Below, one piece after another: positions 1-12,079 of a stretch of 64,000 nt of DNA (its first letter is position 1; each line of letters opens with the position of its first letter). Source of the DNA: Paecilomyces variotii (taxonomy: Eukaryota); the NCBI GenBank assembly GCA_004022145.1, contig RCNU01000002.1. One strand, written 5' to 3'. Below the pieces are notes generated by a model that saw only the letters and a list, made by a program, of their open reading frames with translations, searched no databases and was not told the origin of the DNA. A program made the position numbers and the translations under genes.

Positions 1-128
1 TTTCCAACGGGTACCCATCTGAAGTAACTATGTGCAGTACTCCATATGTATGCACAGTATGATACTACTGGTCAAAAATAGCAATTACCCACCCACACAT
101 AGTTAGAAGCGAGAAAAAAAATAACCTC

Positions 129-154
129 AATAATAATAATAATAATAATAATAA
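129..154. repeat. (AAT)n microsatellite, ~8 units
   Basis: Directly visible tandem AAT run. Confidence 0.95.
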
Positions 155-1189
155 CGCTTCAGATGCATCATCAATACGTATACTATTTGCTAACTAGTTA
201 TTGCTATCGTTATGAAATGCCATTTGATACGATAATGAATACCTTACCTCATTGTGTCTATGAGTATTATTGAGAAATGGTCTGTCTAAATTTATCGTTG
301 GGTGGAGTAACGAATTATGTGGCATGGTGGCTGGGTGAGACAGACGGGGGGGAGAACAGATGTGATCAAGTTACAGTAGTATGTACATATCTACGGGGAT
401 CGAGATGATCTAGAAGTACTTAGATAGTAGACTAGTTAGTTATTAACAGACAGAGTACGAGCCGGTTGTTCTGTCGACTATTCCCTGCATCCTACCTAAT
501 TATTGATTGTAGCTACTTCTCTAACTAGTAGTTACCTGGCCCTTGGTCCATTGTCATCAAATCGTCCTTACCCCATTCGGTGACATTGGTCCGAATCTCG
601 AATCTCCCCTTACCATACAGAGCCGATAATAATAATATTAATAGTAACTAGTTACTTTACTGTGCTATATAATAGCACGGGAGGGAAACCCTGGCCCAGG
701 GAATATACTTCGAGACGCACCTCGGTCATTATTTCTAAAAAAAAAAAATCCCTCCATTGTTTGCGTAACGCGTATTTAGAGGCTAGAGACCTTGTATACT
801 ATGTTGAGCTATTTTAGTTTCCCTTTCATCCGGGGTGATTTAAATTTTATAGGGAGTCTTTATTCATATGGCTAGGGTACAGTATAACTATATAGGTTTA
901 ACTAGAAGCTCCGTTATGTTCAGTGATAGGGGTTACTAATAGATGTAGAATATTGAATGATGGCATGGAAGCATGGTCTGACCAAAATGGCTTGAATTGC
1001 TTGCTTGCTTGAATCTAGGGGCGGGGGAGGGGGAATTTGAACCCATATTTATCTCTAGCGTACAAAGAACCTAGATCCTAGTAATCTAGTAATCAAACGG
1101 ATGATTGACAGATCACCTGGCGTTCTCTTTGTACGCCGACAATAGACAATCGTAAAGTAATAACGTTATATGATCCTGAGCGAGCGACA

Positions 1190-2042
1190 TCAATCTTCAA
1201 CAGAACAATCCTCTTCATCCTCTTCAATTTGTGCCACTCGATTCCTCCTCTTCATCATATTCGACGACCATGACCTTTCGTCCTTGGTACCATGCAGGCG
1301 CAATAAGCTGGCACGAGTCTGGAACACTGATATCGAACGGAAGTCCCTCAGTTGAAGGTGAATAAGTTATCTCGATAACGACGTTTACAGAAGCTACTCA
1401 GTTATTGATTGTGTGTGATATTCCGAGATTTGGAGTCGTTGAATGACACTGTCTACATCAGATCAGGAGAGGGTACCCGAGAGAGAGAGAGAGAGGTATC
1501 GATGTCTGTCTGGCTGATTCCAAAGATCCATCGGATTATGTGTGATCTCTAGAACAGTACAGGCCACTCCAAGGGGTTTGAAATCCCTAGCAGCATAATG
1601 GAAGCCAGCGACGTTCTTTGAAAAGGCGAGTTTGTTGCATTAAAGGTGATAGTTAATGCTGTGACGGAAGTCGACTGTCACGACTAGACCAAAAAGGAGA
1701 ACTCCTCGGAGGTACCTAGATCTGGCCCCAGGTCTGATATACTGTAAGCTGCTTGGCTGCACGGGATCGAACGGCAGGATCATCGCTGTTCATATCAGCG
1801 AGCATATCTGAAAAGCGGTTAAGTGGCTCGAGCATGTCAGGATCAATCGTAGGAACGAGTTTTCGCCGCTTGTTTGACTGGAAAGCCTGGCTTGGCGCTT
1901 TGCCTGACGTCGACGACTGCTGTTAGCTCTGATAGCTGAAGTGCTGAATGCTTGGTAACTGGTGATGATCTCGATAATGGTAGTTATGGAAAGGTAGGTG
2001 TAGGAGGAAGCTTTGCTCCTCCTCTGAGGAGTAGGCAGCCAT
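1190..2042 (-). pseudogene. Probable RIP-damaged pseudogene of unknown family
   Basis: ATG at 2042 gives MAAYSSEEEQSFLLHLPF...SYQS*QQSSTSGKAPSQAFQSNKRRKLVPTIDPDMLEPLNRFSDMLADMNSDDPAVRSRAAKQLT, with one stop (TAA in a Gln-rich run) in ~100 codons. A downstream frame reads ...DVDSVIQRLQISEYHTQSITE*LL*TSLSR*LIHLQLRDF...EEDEEDCSVED*. Surroundings are TpA-rich; exon structure uncertain. Confidence 0.45.
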
Positions 2043-3239
2043 TCCAAACTGTCACATCGTGTATGTAATATCGTGTTAGAGCCAGCTAAAACAGTGAATA
2101 TATTCCAGGAATACATGTACTTCCCGATACACCTTGGCTCCTGGAATTGGAGACCTTTGGTTGATTCCTGGAGCTACCAGCCTTACAGGGGAGATATGTA
2201 ATCCCGCTGCTGCGGGGCTATGTATAAAAGTTGAAGTCAGTTGAATAAGAGCTATTCTACTATTCTCCAATATAAAATATGAAGCTGAATATTTCTCTCT
2301 CGACTAGTATCTAGGTCGTCGAGTACGATCCTTTCTCCGTCTACGTAAGTAAGTAGAACAAAGCACATAGGTATTGTCGCTGCATTGCCAAAAATAATAA
2401 TATTAAACAAACTAGTGCAGTAGTGAGTGATATCCCCTGACGTAGTAGTATAATGGGGATCCATCGAAGTACTCGTAATTATATCGTATACAATTTCTGA
2501 GACAATCACGGGAAGAACAACGGGATAAGTTACTGGCATCCGCGAAAGAGAAATGAGAAACAACTAAAATAAACCTGGGTCAAGGACGGGATATGTCTTA
2601 CACGAAGCCGTTATTTTATGATGCATCCCGCTTTAGATGTGGGGGAGTAAGATATACTTCCCGTGTGTTCAACTTATTTCTTCTATATAGAAGATCCAGA
2701 AACCCGAGTAGATATCTCGACATGAAGCTAGAGTAGGTTACTGTTTGACTAGCTAACTAGTTATCTCACGCTATATGCATTTGCGAAAGGCTTGGCCCTT
2801 TTCTGCGAATGATCACTGATTGATTCTAGTGTAGGATGTGCTCTAGTATAGTGAGTCAGATGGCCGACTTCGCTCCCGTTCGGTATCTCCTCGAGTCGAG
2901 TATGAGACATTTTCCTATTGGGGCCGGATATCAAATGAGCTCTTTCCCCCTAGGATGGTTCGTCTATAATTTAGCTTCAAAAGACGCGTACAGTAGGTAG
3001 TATACTGCTAGTACTAGTAGGATCCCAAAAGTTCGGAAGGCGTTAGTGGAGAGTACAAGCGGCACGGGCAAAATGATAAAACGGTAACGTGTTTCACACA
3101 TTAAATAGCAGACAATAGAAACTGGGCTGTAATAATATAAGGTGATATATACAAGAATAGTAGAAGCCATCGAGCGTTCTAGTAGACTGTCCATCCTTTG
3201 ACTGGTTAGGCCGTAATCTTCAAACTGATTCGAAGAATA

Positions 3240-5168
3240 TCAGGATAGAGACGGCGAGGTCTTCCACTGGTATAAGGCCCTCAGGACAGCGACGCCACCG
3301 GACTGCGTCTCGACGGTACGACCACGTCCCCGATCATTCACGTCCTGGTGTCTTTCCATGCGACCGTCGGTGCTGGATTCTAGCTGACTGCTAGAGTGGC
3401 GCGATGCGCTTCCTGCAGAAAAGGTGTCGCGTTTCTTATCTAGTAGCGTGGTGGCCACTTGACCGGCGCCCAAAGCGAAAGGATCAGCATGAATATGAGT
3501 AGTTGGGCCCCAATCTGCGCGCGATTCTTGGTCGTTACGGTAGTCGTCGGCGCCATATGGCACAGTCGCGGCATCAGGGGCATGACGGCCATCGTCCGGG
3601 TACTGTCTCCCCCACCACATTCCGAACTTGCCTTGGTTGTCTTTTGTTTTCAAAGCGGCTTCTGCGTTGTACTCGAGCCAAGACCGATAGCTTCGACATC
3701 TGGCTTGATGCCACTGGAAAATCAGTCTGCGATCGACTTCCGATTGACCGCCGTTCAGCTCCGCGACGAACCGTTCCTCGTGTGGGCTGAGGGGTCGACA
3801 GAACTCTGCGAAGTGGTGGAAGAAGATGCCCTTGAAAGTATGGCTATTCTGGGAGCAACCACCAGCAGAGTCGCACACCTCCTCCAGCACGCCCCCACGC
3901 CCTAAACCAGCCCACGCAGTGCTCTGCTTCTTCGGCCAGCCTGTTGCCATGATCACCTTCAAGATAAGGTCATGTCCGTCGCGCAGATAATCCTGGGTAC
4001 CAGTCGCTAGCCAGAGTCCTCTCAACCCACTAAGGATGACACCCTGGTTGTAGGTGTAGACCATGGGGTTGAGCTCATCGCATTTGCCACTGCCTGGCTG
4101 TTTTGCATTTCTCCATCCGCTAATATGGAATCCATCAGCATAGAGGCCACGATGACCGATCATATTTGAATCCTTCAGCCATTGATAGCCCTTGACGGCC
4201 GCCTCGAGGTGAGCAGGGTCGCGTTCGTAATGGAGCCCATCGACGCTGGCATCGGATGCTAAAAATGGCGAGTCGATTGGATCGCCTGGAAAATAGATAT
4301 ACATGCCAATGCTGGCAGAAATAAATAGCTCGTTCGTAATAGCGTTCTTGTATGGCGTGACATGAGGGCTCCAGACCATTCCACCATCGCAGAGCGAGGT
4401 ATCCCAACCTTGTGCAGCCAGTTCATAGAACAACCGCGCTCTGTGAGCAGCCGGGGCACGAAATTGGACACCGTGCCATGCTCCATACAAAGTACTGGTC
4501 GAGTTGGGCTCCAGACTGTAGCGCAACTCGGAATGCAAGTCTTGAAACTTGATATTCTCCAACCACCCCAGTACAACCCACAGCATATCATCGAAGGCCT
4601 GATTTCTCAGACTGAACGCATTCTCTCCGAAGTAGAAAGCTAGCGTATGGTCGAAATATCTGTTGACTGTGTTCTCGAATGCAATCGCAGTATGCGATGC
4701 AGTAGACGCCAGATCGTGGGCCTCTCCGATAACCGACGAAAAGGAGGCCGCGAGGATATGATTCGGTGTTGCAGTCAATGATGAGAGCGCCGCAGAAACT
4801 TGAGTTCCTATCACTGCAGCGGTCCAGTCGATGCTTGTCGGCCATGTGCCCTGCCATTGTTGGAAATATTCCCTCTGCATCACATTGAGGGCATTCAGCA
4901 GATCCCGCAATGTGAGACTCACAGAGATAAGTGACTCCGACTGCGACTCTTCGAAAGACCGATTGCTAGCACGAGGCAACTCGTCCTTTACACTCTGTCC
5001 ACGGTCTTCTCCAGATGCAAGAGGTTGCTGCAGTTCAAGATCGCTCTGGGGCCGCTGCGCCAGCGCATTGGCACCTGATAACAGGGAAAGAAAGCAAACT
5101 GCGACGATCGTGCATAGGATATTCCAAGGCGCCATGGTTCTTTCGGGACCGAAGCGACGAGGGCCCAT
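3240..5168 (-). CDS. Glycoside hydrolase family 76 protein (alpha-1,6-mannanase-like), secreted
   Basis: 642-aa intronless ORF; signal peptide from the second Met (ATG 5135); GH76 motifs AFDDMLW (catalytic DD), CDGGMVW, YKNAITNELF, YTYNQGVIL, TFKGIF. Confidence 0.9.
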   Translation of the reverse strand: MGPRRFGPERTMAPWNILCTIVAVCFLSLLSGANALAQRPQSDLELQQPLASGEDRGQSVKDELPRASNRSFEESQSESLISVSLTLRDLLNALNVMQREYFQQWQGTWPTSIDWTAAVIGTQVSAALSSLTATPNHILAASFSSVIGEAHDLASTASHTAIAFENTVNRYFDHTLAFYFGENAFSLRNQAFDDMLWVVLGWLENIKFQDLHSELRYSLEPNSTSTLYGAWHGVQFRAPAAHRARLFYELAAQGWDTSLCDGGMVWSPHVTPYKNAITNELFISASIGMYIYFPGDPIDSPFLASDASVDGLHYERDPAHLEAAVKGYQWLKDSNMIGHRGLYADGFHISGWRNAKQPGSGKCDELNPMVYTYNQGVILSGLRGLWLATGTQDYLRDGHDLILKVIMATGWPKKQSTAWAGLGRGGVLEEVCDSAGGCSQNSHTFKGIFFHHFAEFCRPLSPHEERFVAELNGGQSEVDRRLIFQWHQARCRSYRSWLEYNAEAALKTKDNQGKFGMWWGRQYPDDGRHAPDAATVPYGADDYRNDQESRADWGPTTHIHADPFALGAGQVATTLLDKKRDTFSAGSASRHSSSQLESSTDGRMERHQDVNDRGRGRTVETQSGGVAVLRALYQWKTSPSLS

Positions 5169-6747
5169 TTTGGTAAGCGAGACTCCTTATCGTCTTGTAG
5201 GCTATCTCGTAACTGCGCCGCGATTCCGATAATCCGCGATATCCAAAGAAATAGACAATGAAGCAACGGTCACGCGCGGTCGACGCAAGCCAGTGCCATC
5301 AAACGAGGAGCGCCGGCGACCGACGGCAAACGATCTGCATCAATCCTTCGTGAGGCAGAAAGTCGAAAAAGAAGAATAGAGAGGAGAAGATGAGGTTGCC
5401 CTGGATGGCGAAAAGAGAGCTGTCGCCGAGTCGCTTCCGTCGAGCTCTGCGGGGAATGTGGGGAGTTAAACTTGGCTGGCCGTCTCAGGCTTGCTCTGGC
5501 GTCTCCCTGGTTAGTAGTCAAGAGACCGCCGCGTCTGTTGGAGCATCAACAGCAGCACCGCGGTCTTGTCCTGGAGAGATTCTACAAATGGTGTGTTCTT
5601 TGCCATGGCGTATTCTCTGACAGCGTTTTCTGCCAGCCACGCGTCGTTGACATGTTCTGATTTCATACACTGTTAGAGTTGATCATGCAACCATGACTCC
5701 TTGAAAGCCCTTAGCGCATCATAGTACCCAATTCAATTCAGGTCACAAGTGTATGGACACTTCCTCAGAAAAAGGGCAGTCAAGTTTTGAGGAGCGATAC
5801 TCGAAATGCCCGGCTCTTATTATAAGCTTAAAGGTGTCGCGTGCTCGGTGATCTATGTGCCATATGTGAGAATATTCCACTGGACTAATGACACCCGATA
5901 CTCAGGTGTCTTGGCATCATGTTGGAACATTACTGGTAAAATAGATATTATTATTACCTATTAATACATCTATAACTACCGTTCATCACAGATCTGCGAG
6001 CAGCTCACTGCCTCAGTTGGACTCTGACACACGTGACCAGCTCATCCGGCTTCCTCTGTACTGGACTGCTTAACCTCGAACAGGTTGGTATATTCTGCTT
6101 AAGTCTTGAGCATGGGAACTGGTAATAGGAACAATGTCATTTTGGCATCGGGATACCTGAATTAGCTGGATAAGGAGTAATCATATGAATTGGCAAAGAA
6201 AGAGGGCCTGATATTCTGCTCACTGTTTCCTACATTAACGACTACTATCCACTACGCACGATAGCCTTTCCCGTAGTCTCAAGTAGCCACGTCGGAAACT
6301 GACGCCCTCTTACCACTACTACCAGATATAAGTTCTGCATCTGTGGCAGATAACACCCAAAATGTGAGATCAGCTTAGTTTTTGGGAATCGAAACCTTGT
6401 GGCATATCATGCAAGGAATAGAAATATCAAAGACTGTACTTTGGTATTTCAATCTATATGGCTAGGAAGCAATTCAGAAATCATGTAGTCTAATTGCATG
6501 GCGTTAATATGTTTGATAAGCAACATCTAATCTATATTTATAGTGATGCGGGTACCCGCGATGGTGATGGTTAAGATGATCTAGGATCAGGTGGAAAGAA
6601 GCTGAATTCTGGTAGCTAAATGCACTAGACTATGGGTGTACACTGCTCTGCTGAGGTGACACCTCTTAGATCCGTGCCATATAGACTTTTCATTTCCTCA
6701 GATCGAACCCAAGCTTTAGCACAAAACTAGTTTTGTCATAACGAGCT

Positions 6748-7089
6748 TCACGCTGAGCATGTGGAACCAGCAGCTTTACTACCAAAATCGCAGCCCACGC
6801 CGCAGCTTCCGTCGTCGTTGCCATAAGCCACAGGAACATTTACCCGTCCAAAATTTATCAAGGTTTCATCATTGCTCTCACAGATGCCAGAGACTGTTTC
6901 CTCATCATTCAATTGCTCACAATTTGCGTCGCCGATATAACCCCAGCCGGTACAACCGCAGGCATCGGTCATAGCAATTATGCACCCCCCAAGCTTGCCG
7001 TTTGAGAGGGTGAAGGTGGCAGCAGAAACGAGGGCGGTATTGGAGGTCAAAACGGCAAGGCCGCTAAGGAAAGCGGTGATTGAACGCAT
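6748..7089 (-). CDS. Small secreted cysteine-rich protein (113 aa, 8 Cys)
   Basis: ATG start, hydrophobic signal peptide MRSITAFLSGLAVLTSNTALVSA, even number of Cys in the mature part, intact ORF. Confidence 0.8.
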   Translation of the reverse strand: MRSITAFLSGLAVLTSNTALVSAATFTLSNGKLGGCIIAMTDACGCTGWGYIGDANCEQLNDEETVSGICESNDETLINFGRVNVPVAYGNDDGSCGVGCDFGSKAAGSTCSA

Positions 7090-7455
7090 GATTTCTTGAA
7101 AAGTGAGAATCTGTTAGAGAGAGGGACAAGGAATAATGTATCAGAGAGTGGACGAGACGTACCGGATAAGTGGTGATTTCTTGACGAGCACAATTGTTCT
7201 GGGTCTGTATCCGCTTTCACAGGAAGAAATATAGGCTGTTGCTGATGTTTTTAAGAAGATTCAATATAGGAGATATGAGTCTTCTTATATCTAGTTCTCA
7301 GACCCTTTTAAGGCCACCCGAAAAAACAGGATTGACAATCTGGACCGTTGTTAGATACCTATGATTTGGCTGTTTAGATGAATCTAAAGGGCCTTCGCGG
7401 CCGCTGCAATGCAACGAACGCGTCTAGAGATGTCAGACTCTAGACCCTAGACTCC

Positions 7456-8774
7456 TCTGGTAAAAAGACCACACAATACACCGTATACGCTGCTGAGATA
7501 GAGGGATCAACGCCGCACTTAAGCAACTAGAAGCTCATTTGGGGGCTCAGGCGCCCGAAGGAAATGAGGCTGTCACTATCTTCACGGATAATCAAGCAGC
7601 AATCACCCTGCAGGACCCAATAGCTGTAGCGGCGTCGAGTCAGTATTGGTTATTTTTATTTATTTATTTATTTATTTTTATTTTTATTTTTTTTTTCAGT
7701 AAATACTGCGGAATATTCTTGAATAAATTGATCGCCTAACGGATCGACAGTGCCAACTCCGAATCTAACTGCTCCTCGGTCATACAGGAATCCGAGGGAA
7801 TGAAGCAGCTGAACATTCTATCAAAGATGTCGTGGTACTAGCCGGCTAGAGACCCAAGCCAGCTAGCTCAGAGGCAAAGACAGAGAGAAAGACATTGGAA
7901 AGAGCAGTGGCTACCTAGCACAGGCCCATAGAAGCGTGTTGGCAGGCAAGTCTCGCCAGCTAGGTTCTTGAGCTATATTCATACGGCTCATTGCCGGCAA
8001 AGTCTGCAATCTCTATATGAAACAGAATAGAATAGCAATGTGTAGCAAACCCACAGGGGTCCTTTAATTGGAGGTTATTTGACGTCCCAAGTAAGAAGCT
8101 CCTTAAGCTCCTTAAGCTCCACTAGGGGCTTATACAAGCAGCGAGCTTACCCACAATACAGCTCTAGATACGGAATACTGCACTAGGGGAATACTTCACT
8201 ACAATAAGAAAGGCGGATATTGCAGTAACTAATACCATTGCGGCATAAAGGAAGGGGATACTGACCATGTTCTTACCAAATATCCTTTATACCGTACCAA
8301 GAAGCACGAGATACTCTAGAGTGCGCCCCTGAGGAAAACAAATTCTTGTTAAATCCTTACCTAGGCACCTCTCCTCTAACGTGCTATGCAGTTTAGTCTG
8401 AATATCCACATCTTAGGGCAATTCCGCTGCCTCCCTATGACCTATTAGATTAGATAACTCGCCGATTCTGAATCAGCACTAGCTGGTTCAATTAGATCAG
8501 TTACGCTCCTAGAACTACCAGGCCTATAAGAGACTGCCTGCAATTTGTTTATTAAACATAAAGAGCATATGTGCGCGTAGTCCCTACCCAAGAGTCTTAC
8601 CCCCCGCACAGTACGCTAGCCGCCTAACCTTGCCCTTGCCTTGATATCTTCCTGCCCTCACTGACCATCTTATGTATAAGCTCCCTACCAGCCCTTCACT
8701 TGTGTTACCTGTTTCGCATGTAAATAAGCCCGGAGGGCAGCCGCTAGATATGTAGTTCGTAGGTAGGTAGGTAG
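7456..8774 (+). mobile_element. 5'-truncated, degenerate non-LTR retrotransposon (Tad1-like LINE) relic
   Basis: RNase H motifs TVYAAEIE(frameshift)GINAAL..VTIFTDNQAAI and GHTGIRGNEAAE (7778-7813); decayed zinc-knuckle region YHCG..DHVLTKYPLY (8233-8292); LGQFR end motif (8413-8427); (TAGG)n tail at 8760-8774; many stops and frameshifts. Confidence 0.85.
7650..7697. repeat. (TTTA)n/poly-T simple repeat inside the LINE RNase H relic
   Basis: Directly visible. Confidence 0.9.
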
Positions 8775-10145
8775 TCAGATTAGAGTTACTTAGTCTTGCG
8801 AGGTCTGTGCCGGGCGCGAATGGTGGACCGGCAGAACCACTGCCCACTCGGCCGATATCTAGGGCTGACAGATGCAGAAATGACTAACTAGCTATTAACT
8901 ATGTTACGGATACTAACTACACAATATAGTACATAGTAGCTATCTACTACGGACTAGGTGTTTATTTCGCTAGGTGTTTATTTCGCAATATGTGCTAACT
9001 CCTATGCTGTATATGCAACGCAACATCATTACCTAGTCTTGTCGCAGTACAATGTCCCTTTTGATCCGTCGATGTTATCGCGTGGACATTAGGTCCCCCA
9101 TGTGTCACACCGTAAGCTGAAGATGTTTTCAGGGCGATGACTAACTGATGCTTGACCGTAATTGAAAGTTTGATATCGGGCTTCTAGAGTCCAGGAAGGC
9201 CGATCGCGAAGCACAGCCGGTTTCCAGGAACATGACCGCAGCGATCATCGCGAGAAGGAGACCACGGAGGCTATCTAAGTTGAACACGTGGCAGTTAAGT
9301 GGTTAATGCTCCCAATTTATTTCGGGTGCATGGTAGAGTGCTTGCATAGTCCATTTGGGGCTAAAACGGTTAGAGCATATTATTAGAAGCGCCAAAACTT
9401 CACACGGTGGCTCTGGATTGGTAATGTCTTTCCTTTGCTTGCGGATAGAGTTGCAATGCTAGATGTCAGATGCAGACAGTTTTAGAACTGTTCACATCGA
9501 TACGAAAGTCGAGAACTGCCGGAAGATGCGACTCGAGGCTCGGAAGGAACAGCGGGGGAAAAATCCAGTATACAAACAGGCTTCCAGGTGTCCGTTGATT
9601 TTGATCGGTAGTTTAATCATCGTGGTATTCGACTCTACCAGCCGCACTAAATTGGAGGAACCGATTTACGCATCCATTCGTTGTTATACTCGGTCAGAGA
9701 AACGCAAACACATAAAGCCCGATTTTCATTACGTATCATGCACATTATCTCTCAAAAAGCTTTTTTTTCTGTACTCTCATTGGTGAGATCGTATCCTCCC
9801 GCTGTAGTCGCGGAATTGGGAATATATCTTTGGGATCTTCAGTTATAGTTAGCGGCTGATGGCTGCAAGCAAGTCCTTGGGTTACATACCTCGTTCAGCA
9901 TCATCTAGAGTGCCGACATATGTCTCGAAGTATCTCCTGCAATATATCCCTCAGACACACGTCAGGATGTTGTAGCGAGAAGAGACAATGTCGGCAAAGG
10001 CGAATTTATATCCATATCTGGCAGAAAGGTCTCGGCTGCCAGGCCGCGCCATACCTTCCTGACGCGCAACTTGTGAAGAGGCTGCGCATTCAGAAGCGTG
10101 AAAGAGGCGTGAGCGAAGTGTTCAAAGCGCCGATCTTTTGCTTTC

Positions 10146-10729
10146 TTAATCTCTTGCACCATCCGCGCCAGGGCTACGGCTTCTGTCACGACTCCTGCTT
10201 CTTCCTCGTCCACCCCGGGCACCCTTTGGTGCTCCACCCTTGCCCTTAGATGGCGGAGGCCGCACAAATGCATAGTCAACCTGGATGGTCTGGTCGAGGA
10301 GCTTTGCTCCATTCAGGGCCTTGATAGCTGCGCTCGCTTCAGGCAGGGTAGAATATTCAATGAGGGCGTATCCCTGTAGAAGTGGCGGACAAAGTTAGCC
10401 ATTCAACGCCCACCGTACTCTCTGCGCACCGTTCTATGCAATACAAAAGACGACCGCGATTTTCGAAAGTCACGAACCTTAACGTAACCGGTCCTTCGGT
10501 CCAAGTTCAAGTTGAAGTTCTTGATCTCGCCATACTCCGCAAAAAGGTCCGTCACGTCTTCCTCCGAAGCTTCCTCATGGATATTTGTTGCGAGAACGAT
10601 CCATCCCTCAATGCTGCGCACTGCAACTGCTCCTGTCTGCGTTCGCGGTTCAAAGGCGCCAGTAGCGGAGGCTGGAGGGGCACCGTCGTCTTGCGACACG
10701 GGCGGGTCGACTTCCATTTCAGCGGACAT
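10146..10729 (-). CDS. Y14: RNA-binding protein 8A / Y14 (exon junction complex core)
   Basis: Exons 10729-10478 and 10373-10146 (GTTCGT..GCTAAC..CAG intron); [38 protein letters not shown] signature; RS-rich tail. Confidence 0.96.
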
Positions 10730-12079
10730 TGTCTGGGATGATGTCGGTATGAGATTCACAAACAGACAGGTCTAAAATAAACAGTGCAGATTTTCGGTAA
10801 GGAATTTGAGGTGTCTATCCGTGACACGTTGGGGCAAAGTGAATCAAGACCCGTTGTGCAACTGTTGCGCTCACTCAGGAAGTGGTTGAAGACATGGAGT
10901 AAGCTATGCTTATGTAATACAGCATAAGTTCACTAACGAGGAGTAGCTCATACTTTGTTCTTGAACGAGGATGACAAGAATGAATTATCCTAAGTTTCTA
11001 GTATGAATATGCTAGGTTCTGGTAGATCATGGTTAAAATTCCCAGGCGATGATTTCATCCTTCTCTGCTTCTGTTTACCCCAAATCTTTGAACCTAAATA
11101 TATATTTAGAACTATACTACGGACAGCTCCATTCTTCTTATGACAGTCAATACAAAGCTTATGTTAGCTAAAACAATATCCAGAGGTGCTTCGAGGCAAA
11201 CTTCGCTACTTTATGTCCTGTCACAGGAGGAGAAAATGCGAGAAGTAGAACTACACCCAGCATTCTTTTGAATGACAGACTTTTGTTGTACGATCTCTAT
11301 CAAAGAGAGCTTTTGTAAATGCATGTATTGGTCACAACCCTATGCATAGAACAGATATCATGACCCGATGACCTGATGACGTGTGACTTGCTGCCATAGT
11401 CTAAAACACAAATCCTCCCGAGACATAAACTGTTATCAAGGCTCGAATTAGCAAGTCAAAGCCCACAAGGCTAGGTGAACGACACACCTTCTGTACAAAA
11501 TATGGGTATGAAAGGTTATAGAACCCTTCTTCTCTCTGTTGACGTTGACTCGTGCCTGGGCATCAGTCTGTCAAGCCCTCTGCTAATTCTAATCCTCGTA
11601 TCCACGTAGGTTGCCAATACTTGTTTGTCCTGAGAAAGATTGGTGACACGTAGAAACCATGCTGAAAAGTGATAAAGTGGGTTTCAACAAGTTACAAGCC
11701 AGATTTTGTCCTCGGGACAGACAATGCTATATTAGCCATTCATTATCATGTTAGAGGAGTAGGATGCCAAAAGAACAAAGTATCTTGATAAAGGAACACA
11801 ACAAATAAAGGCTATACTTCTAACTTAATGTAGTAGTCTTAATTTGTTATGTCTTCTGATAGCTGCGGCGGGCTCCGCCTATATAGGGAGAATTCACTGT
11901 GAACAACACTTGAGTGAAATCATATCAGCATGGCGGTTGTTATGTTATTCCTTCTCTTTCTGCTCCTTGCAATATGCTTGAACAACCTAAAATCTTGTCT
12001 TGGGCATATTATAAACCTCAATAATCACAATCAGGAGAAGTACAAAAACTCTGGATATCTCTGGTGTATAGCCTCCAGA

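Noticed and set aside
7430-8790. GTCAGA at both LINE flanks as a target-site duplication
   Set aside because: The match is too short and degenerate to support.
8954-8986. 16-bp tandem duplication CTAGGTGTTTATTTCG x2
   Set aside because: Real, but most likely replication slippage; no spacers or array structure.
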